From positions 32,001-96,000 of IMG/VR virus record IMGVR_UViG_3300030107_007542: a stretch of 64,000 nucleotides of DNA, one strand, 5' to 3'. Positions 8,093-18,500 of the stretch are shown piece after piece; position 1 is the stretch's first letter, and each line of letters opens with the position of its first letter. The position numbers were made by a program, and so were the translations under genes. The DNA comes from a virus. The notes beneath the pieces are model-generated. The model worked only from the letters and a program-made list of their open reading frames with translations, did not search any database and was not told the origin of the DNA.

Positions 8093-9961
8093 CTAGACTA
8101 GATCCTCGACAATCACGAGGCCGTACATATCAGGACGGACCATCTTCTTGGCGTATCGAGTCATGACTCCCTTACGGGGCACGAAATCTTCAACACCAAA
8201 GATCGTCGGTGTAGTCTGCAGTGGCACGTACGGAGCGTAAACGTAGCCACTCTCAAGGAAACTACCTCCGCGTCGGCCAACGAGGACCAAGCTACGGGGG
8301 AAGTAAGGATCGACGTAGACGTCGAACTTCTTCGAGAGCGAACCAACCTTCACGGTTCCAATGTCACCACGATCAGCATCAGCAGTCACGTTAGCTCGGA
8401 AACCAGCAGTGAACTCAAGGATGTTGGCAACTTCAGGTCCGCAGACGACGAAGTTGGCAGCACCGCGAAGAGTCTTGCGGTGAATCTGGGCCGAAACATC
8501 GTTGATTGTCTCAACGAGAGTCTCATACCACTCACTAACGTTACCAGTGAAGTCAGGCGTCGTAGACGCACCGAGTTCGACACCAGTCTCGCGCTGGACG
8601 AATCGACCAGCTGCACGCGACCAGTAACGGACACCAGCAGTAGAGCCACGAACGAGGTCCTCAAGGATCTCGCGATCAATCTCAAGAGCGATCTGCTCAG
8701 ACAGAATCTGAGTAAGCTCGACTTCAGCGTCAAGGTTGTGGTAGGCGTTAAGATCTTGTCCTAACTCCGGGGTCCACTTGGCCTTGAGCTTCTTGGTAAC
8801 CGCGGTGACGGCCACACTGTCGACCTTGATGTCGATCTCAGGAATGTTCGGGCTGTTTTCCAGACCCCACTCGGACTGACCGATGACAGAACCAAGAGCG
8901 GCAGAGCCACTAAAGTAATCTGTCTGAGGCCATGACCAACTGTTGTTGGCAGCGGGAGAACCAGTAAGAGCCTGAGCAAACGGGGTCTGTCCACCGTTCG
9001 GCTCGGGGCTGGCGTCAGCCGCTCCAGAGGTCAGTGTACCAAGCTCAGACGAAGCAAACGTAAACAGCAAGTTCGTCGAAGCACGATCGCCAGGAAGACC
9101 ACCGTTGGACGAGGAGCCGAACTGAGTCAGTCGACGGACCAGGCGATAGTTACCGGAAACGGCGGTACCGCTAGCGGCCAGCTGGTTCCAACCACCCTGT
9201 GCACCCAATGTACCCGAAACCTGGATGGCCACAAGGTCATCAAGATTAAGAGCGGTTGCAGCAGCAGTAAAGTTACTAAGCGCAAGCTCAGCAACAACAA
9301 CAGCGGAACCGGACAGGTCCGGATCAAAATCAGTAAGACTACCAAGAGTCACGTGCTGATCATTGGTTGCAGTACCAGTGTTCGCATTGTTAAGACCGGC
9401 AACACCCGAAACAACAATACGGAAACCAGAGCCGGCGATGGTCGAAGAACCAGTCGGCGATGCGTAACCGTTGTTGAGGGCGTAAGGGCCATTCTCCGGG
9501 AGCGAACCTGAAGACAGATTGACACCACCGGTGATCTGCGAACCAACCACGCCACCACCAAAGAGCGACGAAGAAGCTTCGTAACCCAGGCGGCCCGACA
9601 TGGACGAGCGCTCTCCGATCTCACCAGAAATGGTAAAGTCGAGGAAGAAGATGAGGCCCGAGGGCAAGCTCATCGGCTGAACACTAACAAGATCGTTAGC
9701 GATCAGCGAGCCGAATACACGGCGAACGAGGGGGAATGCGACAGCCGCAAAGCCCTCAACGTCTCCGCCCGACATGGACGAAGCCTCACGGAGTAGCTCT
9801 TTTGCCTGGTTCTCAAGCAATCGAGCCATACCGTTCCGAACTGTATCATCACCAAGACCCTCAAGAAGACCGGTGCTCTCCCACTTATTAATGAGAGCGC
9901 TCCCTTCCTTCGCGAGGTCACGGTTAACGATACCTTCGGTTAATTTTTGTACGATAGACAT
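8093..9961 (-). CDS. gp23: Major capsid protein (T4 gp23-like)
   Basis: Contains FPLVRRVF..LIANDLVSVQPM..PSGLIFFLD, IPEIDIK, TKKLKAKWTPELGQDLNAYH.LDAEVELT.ILSE.I.LEIDREI and YAPYVPL...GVMTRY. AGGAGG SD. Confidence 0.97.
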   Translation of the reverse strand: MSIVQKLTEGIVNRDLAKEGSALINKWESTGLLEGLGDDTVRNGMARLLENQAKELLREASSMSGGDVEGFAAVAFPLVRRVFGSLIANDLVSVQPMSLPSGLIFFLDFTISGEIGERSSMSGRLGYEASSSLFGGGVVGSQITGGVNLSSGSLPENGPYALNNGYASPTGSSTIAGSGFRIVVSGVAGLNNANTGTATNDQHVTLGSLTDFDPDLSGSAVVVAELALSNFTAAATALNLDDLVAIQVSGTLGAQGGWNQLAASGTAVSGNYRLVRRLTQFGSSSNGGLPGDRASTNLLFTFASSELGTLTSGAADASPEPNGGQTPFAQALTGSPAANNSWSWPQTDYFSGSAALGSVIGQSEWGLENSPNIPEIDIKVDSVAVTAVTKKLKAKWTPELGQDLNAYHNLDAEVELTQILSEQIALEIDREILEDLVRGSTAGVRYWSRAAGRFVQRETGVELGASTTPDFTGNVSEWYETLVETINDVSAQIHRKTLRGAANFVVCGPEVANILEFTAGFRANVTADADRGDIGTVKVGSLSKKFDVYVDPYFPRSLVLVGRRGGSFLESGYVYAPYVPLQTTPTIFGVEDFVPRKGVMTRYAKKMVRPDMYGLVIVEDLV

Positions 9962-9983
9962 TTTTTAACCTCCTAATATAGTT

Positions 9984-11132
9984 TTAGTCTAACCCTGCTA
10001 AACGCAGCATTCGATCCATTCTAGGATCTATAGTTGCCTTGTTGCTTTCTCTTTGGGAGCTAAGGAGCAGTGACGTGTGTTTTGAAACAGCTTCACGGAG
10101 TGTTTGTGGACGAGTACGATGATCGGTCGGAGTCCCCACTGCGTTTTGAATTGTGTCAAACACGACTTTTGCTTCCTCAACAGAATTGGCACGACTAACA
10201 GCTTCGACAATTTGCATTTTTTGTCGCTCATTCAAGGAGGTGCTGCCTAATGCCTTGTTTTGGTAAACAAGTTTGGCATTCGCCAAGTTCATCTTTCTAA
10301 GTTGAACTTTGGCCTCTTGTAACAAAGATTTTAACTCTTTAACAGAAACATTAAGATTCTTGATTTTCGCCTCGTAGAGTCCAGCATCATCCACAATATC
10401 TACTGTGTCTGCTTTTTCCTCTAGTTCTTCCTCTTCTTCGAGGTGAGCCGCTGAGGCTGCGGCCATAGCGTCATTATTCGCCTGCTCAGTACTATTATAA
10501 GCAGAACCAAGGGATGACCACCCTTGCAATTCAGGTTGTATATCAACATTTAGAAGTTCATTAACAAGAGAGTCGATCATCTCCTCTGAGATTTCGATCT
10601 CTTCTTCGAGGCCCGCTTCGGGAGTCTCGTCATCGGTGCCCGTATCCGTAGTCTTCAACACCGCAGCATCTTCAGCGGAATCATCCTTAAGGTCGGTATC
10701 CGTAATAGGGCCGTCTTCCTGCAATTCCATGGCTACTTCCTCAGAACCCATGAGATCGTCGGGGGAGCCTGTTTCGCCGGCTGCCTCTTCTTCATCGAGC
10801 TTAGCCTTAAGTTGATCAAAGTCAATTTCTACTAACTCATCTTCGCCGGGGGCGTCCAGCTCTTCGTTTTGAAAAGCAAATGGCGTTTCATTTAAAAAGT
10901 CAGTATCAGCAGGGGTGGTGGCAGTTGCCGTCATATCTGGCGTGCCCATACCCATACCCATGTCCATGGGGGCATCGGCCGCGAGGTCGCCTTCCTCTTG
11001 TTCCAATAAATGACCTAGGGCGCTCTTGACTTCCGAAGAATACTTCTCTAGGACAGCATCTTCGGCATTTTTCAAGGCCGCCTCTTTAAGCGCTTTCGCG
11101 TCAACAATAGCTTCTTCTAACAATGAAGACAT
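9984..11132 (-). CDS. Prohead core / scaffolding protein (T4 gp22-like)
   Basis: Very acidic 382-aa protein with a C-terminal coiled coil (NLANAKLVYQNK...LNERQK..IVEA), directly upstream of the MCP. Ends RMLRLAGLD. Confidence 0.8.
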   Translation of the reverse strand: MSSLLEEAIVDAKALKEAALKNAEDAVLEKYSSEVKSALGHLLEQEEGDLAADAPMDMGMGMGTPDMTATATTPADTDFLNETPFAFQNEELDAPGEDELVEIDFDQLKAKLDEEEAAGETGSPDDLMGSEEVAMELQEDGPITDTDLKDDSAEDAAVLKTTDTGTDDETPEAGLEEEIEISEEMIDSLVNELLNVDIQPELQGWSSLGSAYNSTEQANNDAMAAASAAHLEEEEELEEKADTVDIVDDAGLYEAKIKNLNVSVKELKSLLQEAKVQLRKMNLANAKLVYQNKALGSTSLNERQKMQIVEAVSRANSVEEAKVVFDTIQNAVGTPTDHRTRPQTLREAVSKHTSLLLSSQRESNKATIDPRMDRMLRLAGLD

Positions 11133-11163
11133 AGAATTAACTCCAATTCCGATAGGTAATCAA

Positions 11164-11173
11164 AATAAATAGT
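11164..11173 (-). promoter_or_regulatory. Putative late promoter motif ACTATTTATT
   Basis: About 32 nt upstream of the scaffold ATG. Confidence 0.6.
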
Positions 11174-11218
11174 GCTTAGGATGACGAAATGACTAATAGA
11201 TGTAATTTCTAACTCAAA

Positions 11219-13069
11219 TCAACCACAGTAAACATAACCATAAACACCGGTCGCTTGGCCGGCACTATCAAACGTAACATCTTCCATGGCTTTCCCTACA
11301 GTATAGCTGCGCATAATATCGTCGGACTGCTTCATCAGGAATCCCGGGGTTGTACTTGTGCAAAGCAAATCGCCAGCAGAGATGTCTCCACCTTCGTTGC
11401 AGACTTTAAAGCCCGTCAGGGCTGTGGTTCCATAGTTGCTTTGGCGACTATCACCAATGGCAGCTAGTTTCCATAATGTCTGAAACTTTGCAGTAGGCAC
11501 CCACTCGCCGCCGCTCTCTTCAGCCATATTACACTGAACACCCAGCGCATCTTCAGCAACTCGCGAAACTGTGTTATCGTCAAGGGTTAAGGGCCATGCG
11601 TCGTCGCCCGAAGGTCCGGGGTTTTGCAAATCGTCGAGTACACTATACCAAGCAATCCCCCCCACGTTCTTTTGCATCGGCGAAGAAGAGCGAACGATTT
11701 GACCATTTTCTAACACGCAGCAGTCGCCCACCGTGATGTTCGCGTCATTACTATAATAAGGGTGACCCTCTGTAAAAAGTCCGGCTGTGGTTTTTACACC
11801 GTTGAGGGTTGTAATTGTATCGGAAGCGCCGGACTCATAGATGCGCATCACCTCGTTAGCATTTACTGTAATATTAAATCTTTCGCTGTTAGTAAACTTA
11901 TATTCAATGATTCCTTCGTCCACATCTGATGAATCTCCGAAGAAGATGCGCGCGCGGGTGGATCCAGCTAGCAAGCTGATGCCCGCGTGACCACCGGACT
12001 CCACTACTAACTGGGAACTGACGGGGGCGCTGGGAGTTCCCGAATCGCCATCAGTAACGTGGAGTTCCTTGCCCGACCATGGAGCTGAACCTATACCCAC
12101 TGAGCTGCCGCTTACTACTAACACCTCGTCTCCTACTTCTAGGGGATAGGTGGGGGCGCTGTTGCTGATTCCAACGGCCCCCTTGTTGCCGAGGGCTGAG
12201 AATATCTCGTTTCCGTCGGTGTCGGTGATGCGAAAAGCTAAATCATTCTGGCCGTCGTTAATAACGATCTCGCCGGCGCCTTCTTCCATCTTTATCATAG
12301 ACTCGCCGCCGGCGACCAGCTCTATAGTGTCACTTGCGAACTTAAGGTATGTATCCGAGTCCCCAATATGTTGAAGCTTCGAGGCGATTGCAATGTCCGC
12401 ATCGCCCTCTGTAGTTCCTGAAACTGTTAAACACGCAGATGGAAGTGATGTAACTTTGCCAATTCCAACTCGCCCATCCCCTCTCACGCGGAAAAGCGTG
12501 GTTGATTGAGATTCTAAATCCAAAACGTTTGTGCCCGATCCATTACCATCAGTGGTGACCTTGAGGCCATGGGCATTCGATGAAGCATCGTTGTCGACAG
12601 TCGCCACGTATGCGCTAGCGGCGTCTGCATAGGCGTGCAAGGTTGTCGAAGGAGAACCAGTGCCAATTCCAACTCTTCCTATAGCGCCTCCTGTCACACA
12701 TAATATAGGAATATTGGCTCCAGGAACCGATCCCGAGGTAGCGTCGACCTGAAGCAGAATACCATCGCTTCCGGAAATATGGAACAGGCCACTGGGTGTC
12801 CCTGTGGCAATTCCCACCCGATCTTCCGCCGCAACCGTACGAATAAGGTTTGCGCTGGTTTCGCCACCGACTTTCAAGTCAATGTCCACCGCTCCATGAT
12901 TAATGATTACCTTATCTTGGCTTGCTTCTTCAAGTTTAATAAATCCTCGGCCGCCGGCATAAAAAATAATAGAATCTTCACCCCAATCAATATAGGTATT
13001 TTGATCGACGTCATCCTCATTATAGATGTCTCCTCGCTCGACAGAGCCAGTTGTATATTTATAGGCCAT
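11219..13069 (-). CDS. Tail fibre/spike-like protein with a probable C-terminal autocleavage/chaperone domain
   Basis: Repeated (R)VGIGT..P...LH fibre motifs. The C-terminus VCNEGGDISAGDLLCTSTTPG..MKQ.DD..RSYTVGKA resembles IMC/peptidase-G2-like chaperone domains. Confidence 0.7.
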   Translation of the reverse strand: MAYKYTTGSVERGDIYNEDDVDQNTYIDWGEDSIIFYAGGRGFIKLEEASQDKVIINHGAVDIDLKVGGETSANLIRTVAAEDRVGIATGTPSGLFHISGSDGILLQVDATSGSVPGANIPILCVTGGAIGRVGIGTGSPSTTLHAYADAASAYVATVDNDASSNAHGLKVTTDGNGSGTNVLDLESQSTTLFRVRGDGRVGIGKVTSLPSACLTVSGTTEGDADIAIASKLQHIGDSDTYLKFASDTIELVAGGESMIKMEEGAGEIVINDGQNDLAFRITDTDGNEIFSALGNKGAVGISNSAPTYPLEVGDEVLVVSGSSVGIGSAPWSGKELHVTDGDSGTPSAPVSSQLVVESGGHAGISLLAGSTRARIFFGDSSDVDEGIIEYKFTNSERFNITVNANEVMRIYESGASDTITTLNGVKTTAGLFTEGHPYYSNDANITVGDCCVLENGQIVRSSSPMQKNVGGIAWYSVLDDLQNPGPSGDDAWPLTLDDNTVSRVAEDALGVQCNMAEESGGEWVPTAKFQTLWKLAAIGDSRQSNYGTTALTGFKVCNEGGDISAGDLLCTSTTPGFLMKQSDDIMRSYTVGKAMEDVTFDSAGQATGVYGYVYCG

Positions 13070-13095
13070 ATAATTTATCTCCCTCGATAGGTCGT

Positions 13096-13105
13096 AATAA
13101 ATAGG
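13096..13105 (-). promoter_or_regulatory. Putative late promoter motif CCTATTTATT
   Basis: Between the 13120-13151 terminator and the ATG at 13069. Confidence 0.55.
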
Positions 13106-13119
13106 CCCCTTCCATGCAA

Positions 13120-13151
13120 AAGGGCGTCTATCCCGAAAGATAGACGCCCTT
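13120..13151 (-). terminator. Intrinsic terminator hairpin
   Basis: Perfect 13-bp inverted repeat AAGGGCGTCTATC / GATAGACGCCCTT with a UUCG-containing loop on the minus strand and a short U tract. Confidence 0.8.
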
Positions 13152-13195
13152 GAGTTTTGTATCTAAGATTTAACTTAGAGGGTTTTATCTTCGGC

Positions 13196-15319
13196 TTAGA
13201 AGATGTTCCATTCCGAACCATCACTGATCAAGAAAACCGATGCGCCCGGGGAGTCAAGACTGATCCCGGATTCATTGTCGATCTTGTCGCCACCAACTGC
13301 ATCGCCACCACTGCTAGTAATAGCAACGGCGCCGCTCATGCGAGAGTGACGCTTGATCATATAAGTGTATCCAGCCACGGCACTAGCAGACGGCAGGATC
13401 ATCGTAATAGTAGCTGTACCACCACTGACAACCTGTATCATGCGCGCGCTCGAAGCAGTCAACTCAGTACTCGCAACAACGACCTGAGGCTTATTGACCT
13501 GACCAGCGTTAGCAGTCAGGATGCCCTTAGCCGTGATACCAGCATCGCAAGTAATGGCACCGGTGACACCGAGAGTACCAACAAAGCGGGAATTGCCAAC
13601 AATCTCAGCAGCATGCGAACTCGACAGTACAGCACCAGCATTCGTGATACCAGTGGTAGTCACAAGACCAGCAGTGCTAACAACGAATTCGTTACCGTTT
13701 GTCTTAATGGAATCAACAATCACGTCGCCGCTAGCATCAACCGAGAAGACAGAAGGTCCAGTAATGCTACCAACCGTCAGGTCTCCACTTGCATCGATTG
13801 TAGTCGCGCCAGCAATTGAACCAGCAGCAGTAATGCCACCACTCTGGAGGGCCAAAGAAGTACCAGTAAGGGCTTCAAAGTTTCCAGCTGCACCCGAAAT
13901 GGCGCCTGTAACATTCAATGTCAGCGACATTTTTGCAGCACCACCAATCTGGAGTTCTCCTGAACCGGAAACTTTACCGTTGTCGCCATCGACATGGAAA
14001 ACCACATCGCCGTCGGCGTCGGGAAGCACACCAAATTGTCTACCAATTGCCTGAACACCGGCCTGGTCATGTTGACCACCATAAAGTACCAGACCGCCGG
14101 CGTGAGACGACGAAATGTCAATTGCGGCCTCGGCCTTGATCTCGAAGATGTTGTCGCTCATCTCGCTATCGTAGCTGTACTTCATCGTGCCACTCTCAGC
14201 AAACTGAATTTGAGTGGTACGATAACCGCCCACATTACCCGACAGTTCAAGCATCGCACCCGCCGATCCACTCGCCTGGTTAAAGGAGAGGTAGTTCGCC
14301 GAGTTAGCGACTGCTAAGCCGAGGCTACCATTCGACTGTGCTGCTTCTGTGAAGACAATGGGGTACTTCTTGTCAGCTGCAGCCGAAGCTGTGACATCCA
14401 CAGCATCAGAAGTGATGCCAGTAATGCCTGCGCCGCCACCATAGAATTGCGTCGCATGGACATTCGCAGCTTTCACATCAGCCGAAGCTGTCACAGATCG
14501 GAAACCATCAGCATCCTTGTTCGCATCGACGACGACAGCCTTAGAGGCCGCAACCGTACCATTAGTAATACCATCGAGCTTCTCCATGTCGACTTCGTTC
14601 AAGTCGGCAGAACCGATGATGAACGAACTGCCAGCGGTGATGGAGCCGGACGAAGCCCAGTTGCCAATGCCCTTCAGTGTTCCAACAACTTCCAGTGTAG
14701 AGCCACCGGAAATAGCACCGGTAACCTCTATATGGTCGGCAAATTCGGCTTCGCCGCGAATCATCATCTTAGCGGAACTAGAGAGTAGGCCACTAAGGGT
14801 TGCAGTACGAGCAGTAAGATCACCACCGGTGATTCCAACAGCGCCTGAAATAGCACCGGTAACATCCAACTTAGCACCCATCGCAACGTTGCCGATGATA
14901 TTGGCTTTCGCTGAACTAGACAGCAGACCAGTTAAAGTAGCTGTACGAGCAGTGAGATCACCACCCTTCACACCAACTGCGCCTGAAATCTCACCCGCGG
15001 CAGACAGCTTACCAGTTTGTGCATTCATGGTAAGGCGATCTGCAGCAGTGTCCATGGTGGTGAGGGAAACCCCATCACCAGATGCAGCGACACCGACGAG
15101 TCGGAATTCACTGTTAGCGCTAGAATCTGCAACGTCAACGGAATCAGAACTAATGTTTGTTAGTTTTGAACCATTACCGTAGATGAAAGTTCCCACGTGC
15201 ATAGCGCCTGAAACAGCTACATCACCAGAAGATGACATAGATGTTTTAAGTCTAAGTACTCCGGAGCTAGAAATCGCACCATCTAGGTTCGCTAGCCCTT
15301 CTTGAAATTTATATGCCAT
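13196..15319 (-). CDS. Fibre protein (707 aa), paralogous to the 1425-aa neck-fibre
   Basis: Ser/Gly/Ala/Thr-rich beta-repeat sequence sharing the (A/V)HAT.FYG.G..LT.I..D.VDVT motif and the C-terminal QVVSGGTATITMILPSAS...SPGAS.FLISDG..WNIF domain with 15507..19784. Confidence 0.75.
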   Translation of the reverse strand: MAYKFQEGLANLDGAISSSGVLRLKTSMSSSGDVAVSGAMHVGTFIYGNGSKLTNISSDSVDVADSSANSEFRLVGVAASGDGVSLTTMDTAADRLTMNAQTGKLSAAGEISGAVGVKGGDLTARTATLTGLLSSSAKANIIGNVAMGAKLDVTGAISGAVGITGGDLTARTATLSGLLSSSAKMMIRGEAEFADHIEVTGAISGGSTLEVVGTLKGIGNWASSGSITAGSSFIIGSADLNEVDMEKLDGITNGTVAASKAVVVDANKDADGFRSVTASADVKAANVHATQFYGGGAGITGITSDAVDVTASAAADKKYPIVFTEAAQSNGSLGLAVANSANYLSFNQASGSAGAMLELSGNVGGYRTTQIQFAESGTMKYSYDSEMSDNIFEIKAEAAIDISSSHAGGLVLYGGQHDQAGVQAIGRQFGVLPDADGDVVFHVDGDNGKVSGSGELQIGGAAKMSLTLNVTGAISGAAGNFEALTGTSLALQSGGITAAGSIAGATTIDASGDLTVGSITGPSVFSVDASGDVIVDSIKTNGNEFVVSTAGLVTTTGITNAGAVLSSSHAAEIVGNSRFVGTLGVTGAITCDAGITAKGILTANAGQVNKPQVVVASTELTASSARMIQVVSGGTATITMILPSASAVAGYTYMIKRHSRMSGAVAITSSGGDAVGGDKIDNESGISLDSPGASVFLISDGSEWNIF

Positions 15320-15506
15320 TGTTTAATTCCTCCTATAGGTTAATGACAAAACGGGTGATGTAATAAAAATGTTGTTCGCGAACACTCATCGGAGGAGTAG
15401 TAAATAATTTTTGGGATATCCACATCCGTTTTCTATAACATATAGTCAGCCAGTTTTCAAAAGACTCGATTATATAAGAATTATTTGTGAACCTGGTACC
15501 TGGGGT

Positions 15507-18500
15507 CTAGAAGATATTCCATTGGTTGCCGTCACTTATCAAAAACAACGAGGCGCCCGGGGATGTTAAGGTCACATTAGCATTGCCATCAATTACGTTA
15601 CTGTGGTCTGATCCTGTAATAACCACGCTTCCACTCATAAGCGCATGACGTTTAATAGCATACTGATAGTTGTTTGCTACACTGGCCGAAGGCAGTATCA
15701 TGGTAATGGTAGCAGTACCCCCGCTGACTACCTGATACATGGTTGCATTGGAGGCGGTCAGATGGGTATTACTCGTGACAGTGGTCACTTGGTATTGTAC
15801 ACCACCGCTGACGGCCATCTGACCGCCGAAGACAGTGTTACCCACAGCTTGCAACACACCAGACCCAGACACAGCGCCGGCGATGGTTAGTGTATGAGAG
15901 GGAGTTTGTGTTCCTATACCTACTCGGTCGGTAGAACCCTCTGCGAAGATAGTATAATCATTATTAAGAGTAGCTACCTGAAAATCAATGTCCACCCCGT
16001 CTGGATTAATCCGCGCGATGTCAAGTCCATTTTCATCAAATTCCAGGAAGTTAAGTCCCCCGGCGCGGAACTGCATTGAATCGGAGCCGGCATGGCCGAA
16101 GCGAATCCAAGTGTCCGCATCATCATTGATCATAATGTAGGCGCCGCCGGATCTTCCTATACTAATATAGCCATTAACATCTAAAGCGTACTGAGGGTCA
16201 TTCGTGCCAATCCCCAGGGAGGCGCCTGCGGCGCCGTCTGCACCCCGTGAACCAGTTAACAAGAGCCATGTTCCCGTATTGCCCGTACCAGTTGGAAGGC
16301 CGTCAACTCGGAATAAGACTTCTTTTTGCGCACCCGAGACATGCAGCTGCGCACTGGGAGATGTAGTTCCCACACTCGCCGAAGTTGCTATGATCGTATT
16401 TCCACTAACATTCAGTGTGCTTCCGAGCGTAGTAGCCCCAACAGCCTGCAGTGTACTAGAGCCCGATATCGATCCAGTGGCCACAACCGATGAAACCGAT
16501 GCAGTTGCTGCTAATGTTGTTGCTCCCGAAACCGCCAATGTGCCGCCGAAGACGGACGGCCCCACGGCTTGTACCCCCGCCGAACTAGAAACAACAGCAT
16601 CATTAGGGTTATAAACAAGAGCCGTATTTCCCCCTAAGCCCAAAGTTCCATTAGTCTGGAATCCCTCCGTAAATACAATGGGATAGTTAATATCGCCTGT
16701 CGAACTTGTAACATCAATCTTATCGGCCGAAATGTTTGTCAGACCAGAGCCGTTGCCGTAAAAGGCTGCGCCATGTACATTCCCTGTGACTGCTAGGTCA
16801 CCCGAGGAAGACACAGAACCACCGAACCGTGCTGTGCCCGAACCAGATAGACTTCCGGTCATATTAACTGACGAAAAGGAGCCCGTGCCGGCAAAAGTAA
16901 CTGAGCCGGATGCCTTCAGGTAACCAGATGTTTCCATGCCTGTTGACGAATATTGTCGTGCTGTGCCAGAAACAGCATCGACGCCAGTCAAGTTAGAGCC
17001 ATCCCCATAATAAGTTGTGGCGTGAACATTGCCAGTCACAGCCACATCGCCAGACGAAGATATCGAAGATCCAAACACAGCTATATGACTAGCCGATAAA
17101 GTACCAGTCATGTTTACAGAAGAGACTGATGCAGTTGCTGCTAATGTTGTGGCTCCCGACACAGACACTGTGCCACCGAAGACGGACGCGCCGAGGGCCT
17201 GTAATCCAGCCGAACTAGAAATAACAGCATCATTAGGGTTGTAAACCAGAGCAGCATTGCCACCCAAACCTAAAGTCCCGTTGGTCTGAAAACCCTCTGT
17301 AAACACAATAGAATAGTTGACATCGCCTGTTGAGCTAGTGACATCAACTCGATCAGCAGAAATCCCAGTAAGGTTTGAGCCGTTGCCATAATAAGATGCA
17401 GCGTGAACATTTCCAGTCACAGCCACATCGCCCGAGGAAGACACAGAGCCACCGAACCGTGCTGTACCCGAACCAGATAGGCTACCAGTCATGTTAACTG
17501 ATGAAAAAGACCCTGTGCCAGCGAATGTAACGGAGCCTGATGCCTTCAGATAACCTGATGTTTCCATGCCTGTCGAGGAATATTGGCGTGCTGTGCCAGA
17601 AACCGCATCAACACCGGTCAAGTTGGACCCATCACCATAGTAAGTGGTAGCATGAACATTGCCAGTCACAGCCACGTCGCCGGAAGACGAAATGGACGAA
17701 CCAAAAACGGCCGTATGACTAGCGGATAAAGTGCCAGTCATATTTATGGAGGATGCCGATGCAGTTGCTGCTAGGGTCGTTGCTCCTGATATTCCCACCG
17801 TGCCGCCAAAAACAGAATTACCGACAAATTGGGCCCCAGCAGAACTGGACAAGAGACTCCCATTAAAGGTGAGCGCTGAACTTCCCTCCATAGTATTAGC
17901 ATCAGTCCAAACACCAACTTGGTTATCAGCAGGAGTTCCGGTAGCATCAACAAGAGTAGCACCCCAAACTCGACTATCGATACTGTCGGTTTTTATTAGA
18001 TCGGAACCATCAAGAACGAGAACAGTGTTGGATGTGCCGGCCGCCACACCATTAAGAGTCACAGTGTCGGCGCTGCTATCGCCTAAAATAGTGTTACCAT
18101 ATATCCTTAAATTGGCTCCCACATGAACTAGGCTTCCATTATAGGTAAAGTTAGCATCACCCCCGAGGGCACCAGCGTTATTAAACTGAACATAAGAGTT
18201 TGCACCGCCGGGGAGTCCGGTCAGATTTGAGCCATCACCATACAAAGCAGCCGCATGGACATTGCCAGTAACTGCTAAATCCCCCGAAGAAGAAATGGAG
18301 CCAACAAAGCGCGAGGTCCCGGAGCCAGATAGGCTGCCGGTCATGTTAACTGACGAGAAAGAGCCCGTTCCAGCAAAAGTAACCGAACCCGAGGCCTTCA
18401 AGTACCCGGATGTTTCCATTCCGGTTGATGAGTATTGGCGTGCAGAGCCGGAAACAGAATCTACGCCAGTCAGATTTGATCCATCACCATAGTAAGTGGT

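Noticed and set aside
16501-17760. Fibre repeats as a DGR template/variable-region pair
   Set aside because: Differences are mostly synonymous and not adenine-specific, both copies are in-frame in one gene, and there is no reverse transcriptase in the window.
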